Below are positions 46,627 through 56,733 of a DNA stretch of 64,000 nt, piece after piece. The DNA comes from an uncultured Bacteroidales bacterium (GTDB lineage Bacteria > Bacteroidota > Bacteroidia > Bacteroidales > GCA-2748055): assembly GCA_963732905.1 (NCBI GenBank), contig CAVTBM010000001.1, positions 712,649 to 776,648 of the forward strand, read 5' to 3'. The first letter of the stretch is position 1. Every line of letters starts with the position of its first letter. The notes below the pieces were generated by a model. That model searched no databases, was not told the DNA's origin, and worked only from the letters and a program-made list of their open reading frames with translations. The translations under genes were made by a program, and so were the position numbers.

Positions 46627-48117
46627 TCAGGTCATCCAGTTGCGGGTACGCTGAACAGCATCCTGCCATTTTGACGACAGTTGTCCGGCTTTTTCTGCCG
46701 TCATCGAAGGCATAAACGTTTTTTCAGCTTGAAGTTGCGCCCGACATTCGTCCAGGCTTTTCCAGAATCCGGTGGACAGACCTGCCAGGAAGGCCGCACC
46801 CCGTGCTGTACTCTCAATGCTGTCGGGCCTCACAACAGGGATGCCCAGTATATCCGACTGAAACTGCATCAGGAGATCATTGACGGCAGCCCCGCCATCA
46901 ACCCTGAGTTCGGTTACTTTCATACCCGTATCCTCTTCCATCGCCCGCAATACATCCATGACCTGGAAAGCAATGCCTTCGAGAGCGGCCCGGGCCAGAT
47001 GTCCGGCGCTGGTGCCCCTGTCGAGACCGGCAATAATCCCTCTGGCATAAGGGTCCCAGTGCGGTGCCCCCAGACCCGTGAAGGCCGGAACAAAATATGT
47101 CCCGCCATTATCTTCAACACTGCGGGCAAGGTCTTCTATATCAGCCGATGAACGGATGATATTCAGGTTGTCGCGAAGCCACTGAACAACTGCCCCTGCA
47201 TTGAAAATGCTCCCTTCCAGGGCATAGACCGTTTCGGGTCCTGTCTGACATGCCAGGGTGGTGATCAGCTTTTTCTTTGATGTAAAAGGTCTGGAACCCG
47301 TATTCTTGAGGATGAAACAACCCGTTCCGTACGTACTCTTCACCATCCCTTCAGAAATACATAACTGGCCGAAGAGAGCAGCCTGCTGATCACCGGCTGT
47401 GCCTCCTATGATGATCTTTTCCCCAAATACAGAGGCCAGAAGGGGACTTTGATCACCTCCGGAAGCATGTACCTCCGGCAACATGCTTTCCGGTATCCCG
47501 AAAAGGGCAAGTAATTCTTCATCCCATTGCATGCTGTGAATATTAAACAACATGGTGCGACTGGCATTCGTGACGTCAGTAACGTGCCGCCGGCCCTGGG
47601 TAAGCTTCCATACCAGCCATGAATCAACCGTTCCGAACGCCAGACTGCCACGGGAAGCCTTTTCACCGGCATCCTGCACATGATCAAGGATCCATTTTAC
47701 CTTCGTAGCACTGAAATAGGCATCGATGATCAGACCGGTCTTGCTCCTGATCATATCCTCATACCCTTCGTTCTTTAACAAATCACAGTTTGCCGCCGTC
47801 CTGCGATCCTGCCATACTATGGCATTGTAAACCGGCTGTCCGGTTTCCCTGTCCCATACAATCACCGACTCTCGCTGGTTGGTTATCCCGACACCAGCCA
47901 GGGCCTTCCCGTAAACTCCGGCTTTCGACATGGCCTCTGCAACAACTGCCATCTGCGATGACCAGATCTCTTCAGGATCATGTTCTACCCAGCCGGGATG
48001 AGGAAATATCTGCCTGAACTCTTTCTGGGCCATCGACCTGATCTTACCATCCCGGTCGAACAGCAGGGCACGTGAACTTGTCGTGCCCTGATCCATAGCA
48101 AGAATAAACTGCTCCAT
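46627..48117 (-). CDS. glpK: Glycerol kinase.
   Basis: 496 aa. N-terminal [27 protein letters not shown] and [10 protein letters not shown] are FGGY-family GlpK hallmarks. Confidence 0.95.
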   Translation of the reverse strand: MEQFILAMDQGTTSSRALLFDRDGKIRSMAQKEFRQIFPHPGWVEHDPEEIWSSQMAVVAEAMSKAGVYGKALAGVGITNQRESVIVWDRETGQPVYNAIVWQDRRTAANCDLLKNEGYEDMIRSKTGLIIDAYFSATKVKWILDHVQDAGEKASRGSLAFGTVDSWLVWKLTQGRRHVTDVTNASRTMLFNIHSMQWDEELLALFGIPESMLPEVHASGGDQSPLLASVFGEKIIIGGTAGDQQAALFGQLCISEGMVKSTYGTGCFILKNTGSRPFTSKKKLITTLACQTGPETVYALEGSIFNAGAVVQWLRDNLNIIRSSADIEDLARSVEDNGGTYFVPAFTGLGAPHWDPYARGIIAGLDRGTSAGHLARAALEGIAFQVMDVLRAMEEDTGMKVTELRVDGGAAVNDLLMQFQSDILGIPVVRPDSIESTARGAAFLAGLSTGFWKSLDECRAQLQAEKTFMPSMTAEKAGQLSSKWQDAVQRTRNWMT

Positions 48118-48163
48118 TTTTTAACGATCAATCATATATGTCCAAACGCGTGCATGCATAACC

Positions 48164-48541
48164 TTAGTAAATGAAAGGAATCAGCCTCCTGGTCCTTAAT
48201 TTATAATCGGCATATTCAACGAAATGAAGGGTGAGAAAAGCTTCTTCCGCCACAATTCGCCGGTGAATGGCATAAACATTTAAAGCGGCAAAGATCCAGG
48301 CGTATCCGGCTTTCAGCATGATCACCGGGATGTAAACATAAAAAATGTTCATGGTAAGGGTGATTAAGAACACCAGGCAAAATTCAGTTTTTTTCGCAAT
48401 TTTACAAGTTATACTCTTCTTTTCTTTTATCAGGTAGCATCCCCGGTTTTTTTCGGGGATACCCTCCCGCATATCCCCGACACTCATAAACCGGAATTGG
48501 AACAGAATTTGGTTTTGTTTCTGCAAATCCCTGCATACCAA
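48164..48541 (-). pseudogene. C-terminal remnant of an isoprenylcysteine carboxyl / phospholipid methyltransferase-family (ICMT/PEMT-like) membrane protein.
   Basis: Only the last ~60 aa (HRRIVAEEAFLTLHFVEYADYKLRTRRLIPFIY) match the family C-terminus. The upstream part of the ORF is non-hydrophobic and begins at a TTG. The first ATG that gives a sensible fragment is at 48352. Confidence 0.4.
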
Positions 48542-48560
48542 ACCTTAAAAGTAAAATGAT

Positions 48561-49943
48561 ATGGCGGTTCTAAATAGTATTAATCCTTATAATCAGAAAC
48601 TTCTGGAAGAATTTCAGGAATTAAACGATCAACAGTTAAATGCTAAACTTAAGCTGTCGGAGGTAACGTTTCATGAATACAGAAAATCCTCTTTTCAAGA
48701 ACGCAGCAATAGAATGGCAGGGGCAGCTGAGATCTTACGGAAGGAGGTCCGTTCATTCGCTGAAGACATTACCCGTGAGATGGGCAAACCCATTAAGGAA
48801 TCTTTGGCTGAAGTTGAAAAGTGTGCCTGGGTATGTGATTTTTATGCTGAGAATGCGGAAAAATTTCTACAAACTGAGATCATCGCAACAGATGCTGAGG
48901 AAAGTTACGTCCGGTATTTTCCCTTAGGGCCGGTTCTGGCTGTCATGCCCTGGAACTTTCCTTTCTGGCAGGTTTTCCGTTTTGCCGCACCAAACCTTAT
49001 GGCCGGAAACACGGCATTGCTGAAGCATGCATCCAACGTTCAGCGCTGCGCTATTTCTATCGAAGATATTTTCAGACGTGCGGGCTTTGAGGAGGGCGTT
49101 TTCCAGTCACTCACCATTGGGGCAGATAAGGTGAAACAAGTCATTGCGCATAAAGCAGTCAAGGCAGTAACGCTTACAGGAAGCGAAAAGGCAGGTTCCG
49201 ACGTGGCTTCCCTGGCTGGCAAATATATGAAGAAATCAGTTCTCGAACTGGGCGGTAACAATGCCTTTGTCGTTTTGTCTGACGCTGATCTTGAACTTGC
49301 CCTGGAGACAGCATTGAAAGCACGTTTGCAAAATGGAGGACAAAGTTGTATAGCTGCAAAACGCTTCATCCTTGAACGTAGTATTGCCGGCAGGTTTATC
49401 CCATTGCTTACTGAGAGGATCAGAGGCTGGAAATCCGGGAATCCGATGAGCACGGATACGGACATGGGCCCTTTATCATCGGTGGAGCAGGCAGAACAGG
49501 TGTATGATCAGGTCATTCATTCCATTGGTGCAGGAGCCATTCTTCTCACGGGCGGAGGCAGGGATGAGGCCTTCTTTGAACCAACCATTTTGCTTGATGT
49601 GATGCCGGGAATGCCGGTATTTGACCAGGAGGTGTTCGGGCCGGTCTTCTCAGTGATACTGGCTGAAGATGCACATGAGGCTTTGGGCATTTCAAACAAT
49701 TCCGTCTTTGGCCTTGGCATCAATGTTTTTACAAGATCACAGGAAAAGGCAAATTATTTTATTGAAAATGCCGAGGAAGGTGCTGTCTTCATCAACGACA
49801 TGGTGAAATCCGATCCCCGGCTGCCCTTCGGCGGGGTGAAAAATTCAGGATATGGCCGTGAACTTTCGGTTCATGGTATCCGCGAATTCGTGAATGCCAA
49901 AACCATATATATCAGGGGACTGGAAGGAGATGCCACTCGTTGA
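48561..49943 (+). CDS. NAD(P)+-dependent aldehyde dehydrogenase, succinate-semialdehyde dehydrogenase-like.
   Basis: 460 aa. PWNFPFWQV, ELGGNNAF (catalytic Glu) and GQSCIAAKRF (catalytic Cys). Confidence 0.85.
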   Translation: MAVLNSINPYNQKLLEEFQELNDQQLNAKLKLSEVTFHEYRKSSFQERSNRMAGAAEILRKEVRSFAEDITREMGKPIKESLAEVEKCAWVCDFYAENAEKFLQTEIIATDAEESYVRYFPLGPVLAVMPWNFPFWQVFRFAAPNLMAGNTALLKHASNVQRCAISIEDIFRRAGFEEGVFQSLTIGADKVKQVIAHKAVKAVTLTGSEKAGSDVASLAGKYMKKSVLELGGNNAFVVLSDADLELALETALKARLQNGGQSCIAAKRFILERSIAGRFIPLLTERIRGWKSGNPMSTDTDMGPLSSVEQAEQVYDQVIHSIGAGAILLTGGGRDEAFFEPTILLDVMPGMPVFDQEVFGPVFSVILAEDAHEALGISNNSVFGLGINVFTRSQEKANYFIENAEEGAVFINDMVKSDPRLPFGGVKNSGYGRELSVHGIREFVNAKTIYIRGLEGDATR

Positions 49944-50050
49944 TCACAGGCAGCGGACAGGCAGCCTTTGAAGCAGTGCTGCCCCATTTTGTCTGCAATC
50001 TTTTGAAGATTGAACAGCATCATTTGTTCCGCTTTATCTATAGTGTAAGT

Positions 50051-50458
50051 TTATCTCCAAAGTCCTATAATCAATCCCATTACAACAAAACTTACAGTGA
50101 CATATCCACCGTGAATCAGCATATAATTTGTTGATTTCCGCTCAAACTGCCCAATAGTAAAGATGGACATAGCCACCCAGCCAAACCCTGCCAGAAAGCC
50201 TGCAATTGCCCCCCAACCTGCAGTCGTACCGGCATCATTTAAGAAAATCCCTAAATTAAATGCCATAAAAATTGAAAAAAGAAAGGTGAGACCGAAAATC
50301 TTAGTCATATTTCCTTTTTTCAGGTTATCTTCCGAGAAGTTATTTTCCTTCATCCAAACTTTCCCAAACAATACTGGTGAATACCAAAGTCCACCTATAA
50401 GAAAATTCGATAAGGCAGCTACAATAACTGCAATCCAATTTAATGTTGAAAGATCCAT
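50051..50458 (-). CDS. DUF1761-family small membrane protein.
   Basis: MDLSTLNWIAVIVAALSNFLIGGLWYSPVLFGKVWM is the typical DUF1761 N-terminus. 4 TM. Confidence 0.7.
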   Translation of the reverse strand: MDLSTLNWIAVIVAALSNFLIGGLWYSPVLFGKVWMKENNFSEDNLKKGNMTKIFGLTFLFSIFMAFNLGIFLNDAGTTAGWGAIAGFLAGFGWVAMSIFTIGQFERKSTNYMLIHGGYVTVSFVVMGLIIGLWR

Positions 50459-50522
50459 ATTTATCTGTCTTATATGTTTATTGCAAAGTTACTTTTCGTA
50501 AAGCGCAAAGTATTGTAAAAAA

Positions 50523-51350
50523 TTAACCAGACTGATCAAGTGGGAAAAAATTCGGAATCGATTCATTGTACCTGTTTTGAATGTACTTGCTGGGATTGAA
50601 TCCGCAAAATTCCTGGAATTCTTTAATGAAATGTGATTGGTCCGCATATCCCGTTTCGTATACAATGTCTGACCATACAATTTCCTCCTTTTGATTGATG
50701 AATGCTAACAGGGTGTTGAATCGAAAAATCCTGTGCAGAACTTTTGGAGTCAGACCACAGTATTTTTTTATCTGATCTATCAGGTATTTGTTTGTCTTTG
50801 GAAAATCCTTCAGCAACTCATTATGTTTAGAATAAGGTTGGTTTTGCAGTTTTGCTATAACATTCAGTATTTCCTGGGGAGGTGTTTTATTCTCATCAAA
50901 TATCTCTAAAAGCCATTGTTCAACCATCTCGAATTTGTCATGGATATTTTGCTGATGAATTATGTTGCTACGAAGATTTATTATACTTTCTCCAAAATAA
51001 GTGTCGGCTTGTCTGACCGTGTTATTAAGTTTGCTTATTGGGATTTTTAAAAACGGAAATGCGCCAGAAGGTTTGAATTGAACGACAAGCATTTCAGAAT
51101 GTTGATGTGCAGATATATTGAGATATTTCTGTTGCATACCTGAAACCCAGGCTTGTCTGAAGTATCCTGTAGGATTTAATTCATTGTCAAAAGTTTTTCT
51201 TTCAATTCCATCTAACTCAATAAGAACAAAAATGTTTCCAGTAGGTACAACCCTTTCAATGTTATGTTCAGGAACAAAGTCTTTGTAATAAAATATACTT
51301 TCTATGTACTGATCTAACGGATATTTTAATTCATGTATTTCAAATGTCAT
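50523..51350 (-). CDS. AraC/XylS-family transcriptional regulator.
   Basis: C-terminal HTH_18 motifs: GLTPKVLHRIFRFN and GYADQSHFIKEFQEFCGFNPSKY. Confidence 0.85.
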   Translation of the reverse strand: MTFEIHELKYPLDQYIESIFYYKDFVPEHNIERVVPTGNIFVLIELDGIERKTFDNELNPTGYFRQAWVSGMQQKYLNISAHQHSEMLVVQFKPSGAFPFLKIPISKLNNTVRQADTYFGESIINLRSNIIHQQNIHDKFEMVEQWLLEIFDENKTPPQEILNVIAKLQNQPYSKHNELLKDFPKTNKYLIDQIKKYCGLTPKVLHRIFRFNTLLAFINQKEEIVWSDIVYETGYADQSHFIKEFQEFCGFNPSKYIQNRYNESIPNFFPLDQSG

Positions 51351-51733
51351 TTTGTACTCATTTTACCATTTTGACTAACTTTTTTAAAACGTTCATATAA
51401 TTAGATCATTAAAACATTCTTTTACAATAAAATTTCCCACGATTATTGAAAAAATTTAGCTTAAGAAATCAGTGTCTTCGAATCGGGAGCAATTGCCTGC
51501 AACGTTGCATTATAGTCATACCATTTCCTTCCGGGATTTTCACTATGAAACCGGCAATAGGCCGGATACCTTATCGACGCCCGAGATCTCAGCGTGCTTT
51601 CGGGAGAAGATACCATACAAAATCCTGCGACGGCTTTTTTCAGGATGTGAAAAACTCATTCATCCAACCATGGGCTGCGTCTGAACCCGAATCAATGACG
51701 ACACGTCCGGAGCAGCACCTATTCCTCCTGTAT

Positions 51734-52894
51734 TTAAACCAGTTCGGATCGAAGAATGGCAGCCATTTTTGCATCACCTGCCGGAAATTTTTCAACGCTG
51801 GTCATCAACACTTCACCCCCGTTAAGTATGGTATGAATGAGGGCGAAGTTGACCAGTTCCTCGTGGTGCCGGGCATTCTCAGGGTTGGTGTCGACGAGGT
51901 ACCGTTCCTTGTCAAAAGTGCCCCATACTTCAGCGTCTTCCCTGACAAACAGGGTGTCCACATTTTTAAAATAGGCGGATGAAATGATTTCACTGAGATA
52001 TGCCGTGGTTTTCCTGGTTCCGGCAAGCCTCTGATACCGATCAATACTCTTCTGCCGAAGGCTGTTCGCTTCTTTTTCAGCGATTTTACATGCTTTGCTA
52101 TGGAGTTTCTTCGGTGAAATACTTTCAGGATCGGTGTCAATAAATTCAGGGGTAATACCCGGATAGGCACTGGCCTCCATATATAATGGGACAAGATGCC
52201 CCGGACCTGCAATTACCATGGGTATATCCCTCTCCCTGAGTATTTTAAGTATGATTTTATCAGCTTTGTGAAAAAACCGGAGAAGGTCTTTTTTATCCTG
52301 ATCTTTCAATGGAGTGTGGCCCTGGAAATGAATGGTTTCCTTACTGTTTCCGCTGTGAGGCAGAATATTTTTTACAGGAACATCAAATTTAAATATTCTT
52401 TGGACTGAAGCCGGTACTTCATCACTGATATCGATAACTTCAATGTCGTACCTGGAACAGTGAAAAAGCTTAATGCCGTTTTTACCCAGGGTGAGAAGAA
52501 AAAATTTTCCGTCTTTGTCAATCATGGACAGAAGCGGCTTAAGATAGAATTTCTGCCCGGCATAGGTAATGATATCCGGCTCCTGAGGCAGTGTATATTT
52601 TTCAAAAAAATCATCGGAAGCAAATATAGCCAGTCCCTTTCGCTGATGTCTCCAGAACGCAGAATCATCAATAAGATCCCTGACGGGTTGAGTAATCCTT
52701 TCGATGTCAATTTTATCCTTACCCTTCATCGCCAGCTGGTTGGAAATGGTTTTCAATGCACTCTTCAGTGCAATGGAATCCAGCTTTTCATTGACCTCCT
52801 GGCCGTGAGAATGGGTAGGAATACATACAGAGATCAGATTGTCGTCCTCTTTTCTGGCTAATTCCAAAAATTGTTCTCTTCTGATTATTTCCAT
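51734..52894 (-). CDS. baeRF3-like protein (bacterial archaeo-eukaryotic release-factor-fold family).
   Basis: N-terminal pattern REQFLELA...LISVCIPTH..GQE...LKSALKTISNQL, then FWRHQRKGLAIFASDDFF..Y.LP and KFYLKPLL...DGKFFLLTLGKNGIKLF. This matches my memory of proteins labelled baeRF3-domain-containing, and rests on memory only. Confidence 0.55.
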   Translation of the reverse strand: MEIIRREQFLELARKEDDNLISVCIPTHSHGQEVNEKLDSIALKSALKTISNQLAMKGKDKIDIERITQPVRDLIDDSAFWRHQRKGLAIFASDDFFEKYTLPQEPDIITYAGQKFYLKPLLSMIDKDGKFFLLTLGKNGIKLFHCSRYDIEVIDISDEVPASVQRIFKFDVPVKNILPHSGNSKETIHFQGHTPLKDQDKKDLLRFFHKADKIILKILRERDIPMVIAGPGHLVPLYMEASAYPGITPEFIDTDPESISPKKLHSKACKIAEKEANSLRQKSIDRYQRLAGTRKTTAYLSEIISSAYFKNVDTLFVREDAEVWGTFDKERYLVDTNPENARHHEELVNFALIHTILNGGEVLMTSVEKFPAGDAKMAAILRSELV

Positions 52895-53364
52895 CTTGTG
52901 TGGGTTTTTAGTGATATATAAATATCGCAGCCGGCACCTTCACGAAAAGGCAGGACATGACAATGCCGGATTACTGAAAAAAATAATGGACAGATTTTCG
53001 TTTGATCATAAGAAGCAGTATTTTCATTCCCGTCCGGGAAAGGGAGAAGAATTCCCTCGTATGGCACCCGGGTACATCACCTGTATAACATCTGTTGCTC
53101 AAATTTGTTAACCGGAATTCCTTCTCCAAAGCAGGAGAGTGTAGCAGGGTAAAGAGCCGGAAAACCAGCAGGCACGAACAACAGACAAAATCGTAAAGTA
53201 TTCTTTTTAGTATTGTAATTGCTTTTCCTCAAACGATTTACAACTCATACAATGTATAAATAAATAGTTGTAAATACAAATTGAGGGGGGGTGTTTTTTA
53301 TAAATGTTTCTTCTTTCCCGGGGATCGTTTACAGATGGTAATTGTATACGCGACGAATGAATTT

Positions 53365-54372
53365 TTATTCAGTACACAACGGTAAAAACTGAAGCCGGGC
53401 AGCCCAGTCTTCCAGGTAATTCTTACGCCATTTGCAAACCGTAAAGGCTCCGGCTTTTCCCTCAACCTGCAGGGCCGGATCGGGATTGTCGGTCCAGTAA
53501 TGGATACCATGCCCGGTTTTTATGAAGGAACCACCCCAGCTTTCCCCTTCAGGATTCCCTGGATCGCCATTGAGAAGGTAAAGGATCGATGGGGTGTCGC
53601 CCATTTTGATGTCTTGTTTTTTAGAGTAAAAAAATTCACCAAGAGATCCGCGTCCTTTCACCTTTACCTGAACAAATGAATTATTACCCCACTCTCCGGT
53701 CTGGTCACCGCCCATATACATACCGCGGAAGGTAGTATTGTTTTCTATCCACCACAGTTCAGGATGCTGATTGTATAAATAATCTCTGGCTTTTTGGTCT
53801 TCTTTTGTATTCCAGGAGCCTATGGAGTAGATCCTGATTTTTTTTGCGACCGAAGGATCGGAATACACAGCCTGAGCAACATCCGTAATTGCTCCCCAAA
53901 CAAGGATGTATAAGGGTCCCGTATCTCTTTTTTTTGCCATTCTGATGATCTGTTCAGCTCCCTCACTTATGGTTGATCCCGGCGTTTCTTCCTTCTGCGG
54001 CTGAACAGCTCCCTGAAAGCATACCTTTCTCAGCCGGCCGGGTACCGGATAATCCCGGGAAAATTTTACCAGATCCTGGTAATCCTTTTCATAAGCATCT
54101 ATTACTTCGAGGATGTTGGATTTACGTCCTTTGCCGGGAGGAGAGCTGATCAGACCTTCAATGTCAAATCGATCGGCATAGAGCAGGAGATGGACCATGG
54201 ACTGATAATCGTCAGGGTCATCACCACCAATATCCGAGGAAACGATGATCCTTAGTTTTGAATCGGGTACACGCCTGCCGGAATGGCGGCATCCGGAAAG
54301 GAACAGAATCAGAAGAAGACCGGTGAAGATCCGTAATCTGAAGCGCGGCCTGTTCAGCATGGAGGTTCTCAT
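53365..54372 (-). CDS. DUF1593 / nucleoside-hydrolase-like domain lipoprotein.
   Basis: Lipobox LFLSGC. IIVSSDIGGDDPDDYQSMVHLLLYADRFDIEGLISS matches the DUF1593 N-terminal signature. Confidence 0.65.
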   Translation of the reverse strand: MRTSMLNRPRFRLRIFTGLLLILFLSGCRHSGRRVPDSKLRIIVSSDIGGDDPDDYQSMVHLLLYADRFDIEGLISSPPGKGRKSNILEVIDAYEKDYQDLVKFSRDYPVPGRLRKVCFQGAVQPQKEETPGSTISEGAEQIIRMAKKRDTGPLYILVWGAITDVAQAVYSDPSVAKKIRIYSIGSWNTKEDQKARDYLYNQHPELWWIENNTTFRGMYMGGDQTGEWGNNSFVQVKVKGRGSLGEFFYSKKQDIKMGDTPSILYLLNGDPGNPEGESWGGSFIKTGHGIHYWTDNPDPALQVEGKAGAFTVCKWRKNYLEDWAARLQFLPLCTE

Positions 54373-54480
54373 TGCGTGAAGTGTGAGATTAATCCTGAAA
54401 TTGGTTTACGAAAATAACACTTTTATCTCCATTATGCCAGGAAGAGAGGAAATAAACGGGTGAGGACTCAGCAATCCCGG

Positions 54481-56634
54481 TTATTGCGGAATATTTTTCA
54501 GAAGTACAAGCGATCTGCCCTGGATATCATATACGTCGAGAAGTTCATTTTCACCCTCAGGTTGTTTCTCCAGGCTGGTATCGATCAGGAGTTCCCATTC
54601 ATTGGATACATCAAGGTTTGGAAGAGTAAAGGCAATGGGTTCCCAGTAACTGTTGACGATGAGAAGAAGAATATCATCCTTGATCACTTTACCGATTTCA
54701 TCCACCTCAGTCATCAGCTCACCGTTAAGGAGCATTCCCAGGCAGCGTATGAAACTGGTGTTCAGTTCTTCTTCGGTCATATCATTCCCGTCTGTGTTAA
54801 GCCAGCGGATATCCCTGACTTCCTTTCCGAAAATTTTACGACCCTTGAAGTACCTCCGTTTATGAGTTACCGGTTGTGATTTTCTGATCTCAATGATATT
54901 ACGGGTAAACTCGTACAGACTTTTTTGCCGGGCATTCCAGTTCCAGTCAAACCAGGTAAGCTCATTATCCTGGCAATAGGCGTTGTTGTTTCCGTTTTGC
55001 GTCCGCCCGTACTCATCACCGTGGCTGAGCATTGGAACACCCTGGCTGAACATGAGGGTTGCCAGGAAACTTCTCTTTCGCTGTTCACGAAGCTTCACGA
55101 TCTTCTTGTCATCGGTGGGGCCTTCGGCTCCGCTATTCCAGCTGATATTATAGTTTTCACCGTCTTTGTTGCCTTCATGATTATCCTCATTGTGTTTTTC
55201 ATTGAAGCTGACAAGATCGTGAAGTGTGAATCCGTCATGACAAGTCACAAAATTGATGCTGGCGGAGGGGAGCTTCCCGTTATCCTTATACAGGTCGCTG
55301 CTTCCGCTCAGACGGAATGCCAGTTCCATGACCTGGCTTTCGTCGCCACGCCAGAATTTACGTACGCTGTCGCGATATTTGCCGTTCCATTCAGCCCACA
55401 ATACGGGAAAGTTCCCGACCTGGTAACCTCCCCTCCCAAGATCCCAGGGTTCAGCAATAAGTTTTAGCTGCGAAATGACCGGATCCTGGTGGATCGTATC
55501 CAGAAAAGTCGACAACTTACCCACATCATACAGCCCACGGGCCAGCGTTGAAGCAAGGTCAAAGCGAAAGCCGTCTACCTGCATATCAAGAGCCCAGTAC
55601 CTCAGACTATCCATGACAAGCTGCAGAGTCCTTGAACTTAAAAGATTGAGCGTATTCCCTGTTCCTGTATAATCAACGTAGTTTCTTAGATTCTTCTGAT
55701 CCAGCCGGTAGTAGTTCTCATTGTCAATGCCTCTGAAGCACAGCGTAGGACCCAGAGAATCCCCCTCACCTGTGTGATTATATACGACATCCAGAATAAC
55801 CTCGATGCCTTCTTTGTGGAACGTCTTGACCATCTCCTTGAATTCATTGACCTGACCGCCACACTGACCATTGGCGCAATACTGTGCGTGTGGCGCGAAG
55901 TACCCGATTGAGTTGTATCCCCAGTAGTTAACCAGGTTATGGTCCAGTAAAAACTTGTTGTGGACAAAATGGTGCACCGGCATGAGTTCAACAGCCGTAA
56001 TGCCGAGGTCTTTCAGGTAATCAATGACAGGAGGGGAAGAAAGTGCCTTGAAGGTCCCCCGTTCATTTTCAGGTATACCGGGATGACGGGCCGTAAATCC
56101 TTTAACATGCAGTTCATAGATGATGGAATTATGCATCAGGGTTTCCGGACGACCTACTCCTTCCCAGTCAAATGTATTATCAATCACGATGCACTTGTTC
56201 ACCTCGTCGGAACTGTCCCTGGTGTCTTTCCTGACATCCGGCTTCTTTGCTTTCGGATCCTGGATATAGCCAAACATCTTGTCGGTGATATTTGTCGGGC
56301 CGCAAATCGCTTTGGCATAGGGATCCAGAAGAAGCTTATGCGAGTTGAAACGCTGACCCTCTGAAGGCCTGTATTTTCCAAATACACGGAAACCATAGGC
56401 CTGTCCGGGTCGAATCCCCGGCAGATAGATGTGCCACACATAGTCGGTATTTTCCGTTACCTGTATCTGTGTGTATTCTTTCGGGTCTGAAGGACTGTGA
56501 AACAAACAAAGTTTAACGCCCATGGCATTTTCACTGAAGATGGCAAAATTAACCCCGTTACCATCAAAATTAGCTCCAAGCGGATAGGGCTTTCCCGGCC
56601 AGACCGGTCCCGGATACTTCTGCATTATCGGCAT
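54481..56634 (-). CDS. glgX: Glycogen debranching enzyme GlgX (GH13 isoamylase-type).
   Basis: 717 aa. PGKPYPLGANFDGNGVNFAIFS, VILDVVYNHT, DGFRFDLAS, AEPWD and FVTCHDGFTL. Confidence 0.93.
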   Translation of the reverse strand: MPIMQKYPGPVWPGKPYPLGANFDGNGVNFAIFSENAMGVKLCLFHSPSDPKEYTQIQVTENTDYVWHIYLPGIRPGQAYGFRVFGKYRPSEGQRFNSHKLLLDPYAKAICGPTNITDKMFGYIQDPKAKKPDVRKDTRDSSDEVNKCIVIDNTFDWEGVGRPETLMHNSIIYELHVKGFTARHPGIPENERGTFKALSSPPVIDYLKDLGITAVELMPVHHFVHNKFLLDHNLVNYWGYNSIGYFAPHAQYCANGQCGGQVNEFKEMVKTFHKEGIEVILDVVYNHTGEGDSLGPTLCFRGIDNENYYRLDQKNLRNYVDYTGTGNTLNLLSSRTLQLVMDSLRYWALDMQVDGFRFDLASTLARGLYDVGKLSTFLDTIHQDPVISQLKLIAEPWDLGRGGYQVGNFPVLWAEWNGKYRDSVRKFWRGDESQVMELAFRLSGSSDLYKDNGKLPSASINFVTCHDGFTLHDLVSFNEKHNEDNHEGNKDGENYNISWNSGAEGPTDDKKIVKLREQRKRSFLATLMFSQGVPMLSHGDEYGRTQNGNNNAYCQDNELTWFDWNWNARQKSLYEFTRNIIEIRKSQPVTHKRRYFKGRKIFGKEVRDIRWLNTDGNDMTEEELNTSFIRCLGMLLNGELMTEVDEIGKVIKDDILLLIVNSYWEPIAFTLPNLDVSNEWELLIDTSLEKQPEGENELLDVYDIQGRSLVLLKNIPQ

Positions 56635-56712
56635 ATACTTTTTTTAATAAGATGATCAACAATCGACACTTCCGTCTTTATCCGGAAATGATATTCATGA
56701 AAACGCTGTATA

Positions 56713-56722
56713 GAAACGTTTC
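56713..56722. promoter_or_regulatory. Perfect 10-bp palindrome GAAACGTTTC, a candidate LacI-family-type operator in the glgX / treZ divergent region.
   Basis: It is self-complementary with a central CG, as in LacI/PurR/CcpA-type operators. It lies between the candidate glgX -7 box (56734-56741) and the glgX start. Confidence 0.3.
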
Positions 56723-56733
56723 ATCTGCATCAA

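Noticed and set aside
51446-51982. 178-aa plus-strand ORF, and a ~50-codon minus-strand frame (...PAYCRFHSENPGRKWYDYNATLQAIAPDSKTLIS), in the AraC / baeRF3 intergenic region.
   Set aside because: The plus ORF overlaps the 3' end of the baeRF3-like gene and has no family resemblance. The minus frame is under 60 codons, is interrupted by stops upstream, and I could not match it to any family. It may be a degraded gene remnant, but that is unsupported.
53120-53190. CCGGAA...AGCAGG segment faintly reminiscent of the SRP RNA helix 8 core.
   Set aside because: The putative GGAA tetraloop has no closing base pairs, the flanking strands do not pair on either strand, and the conserved symmetric-loop context is not present.
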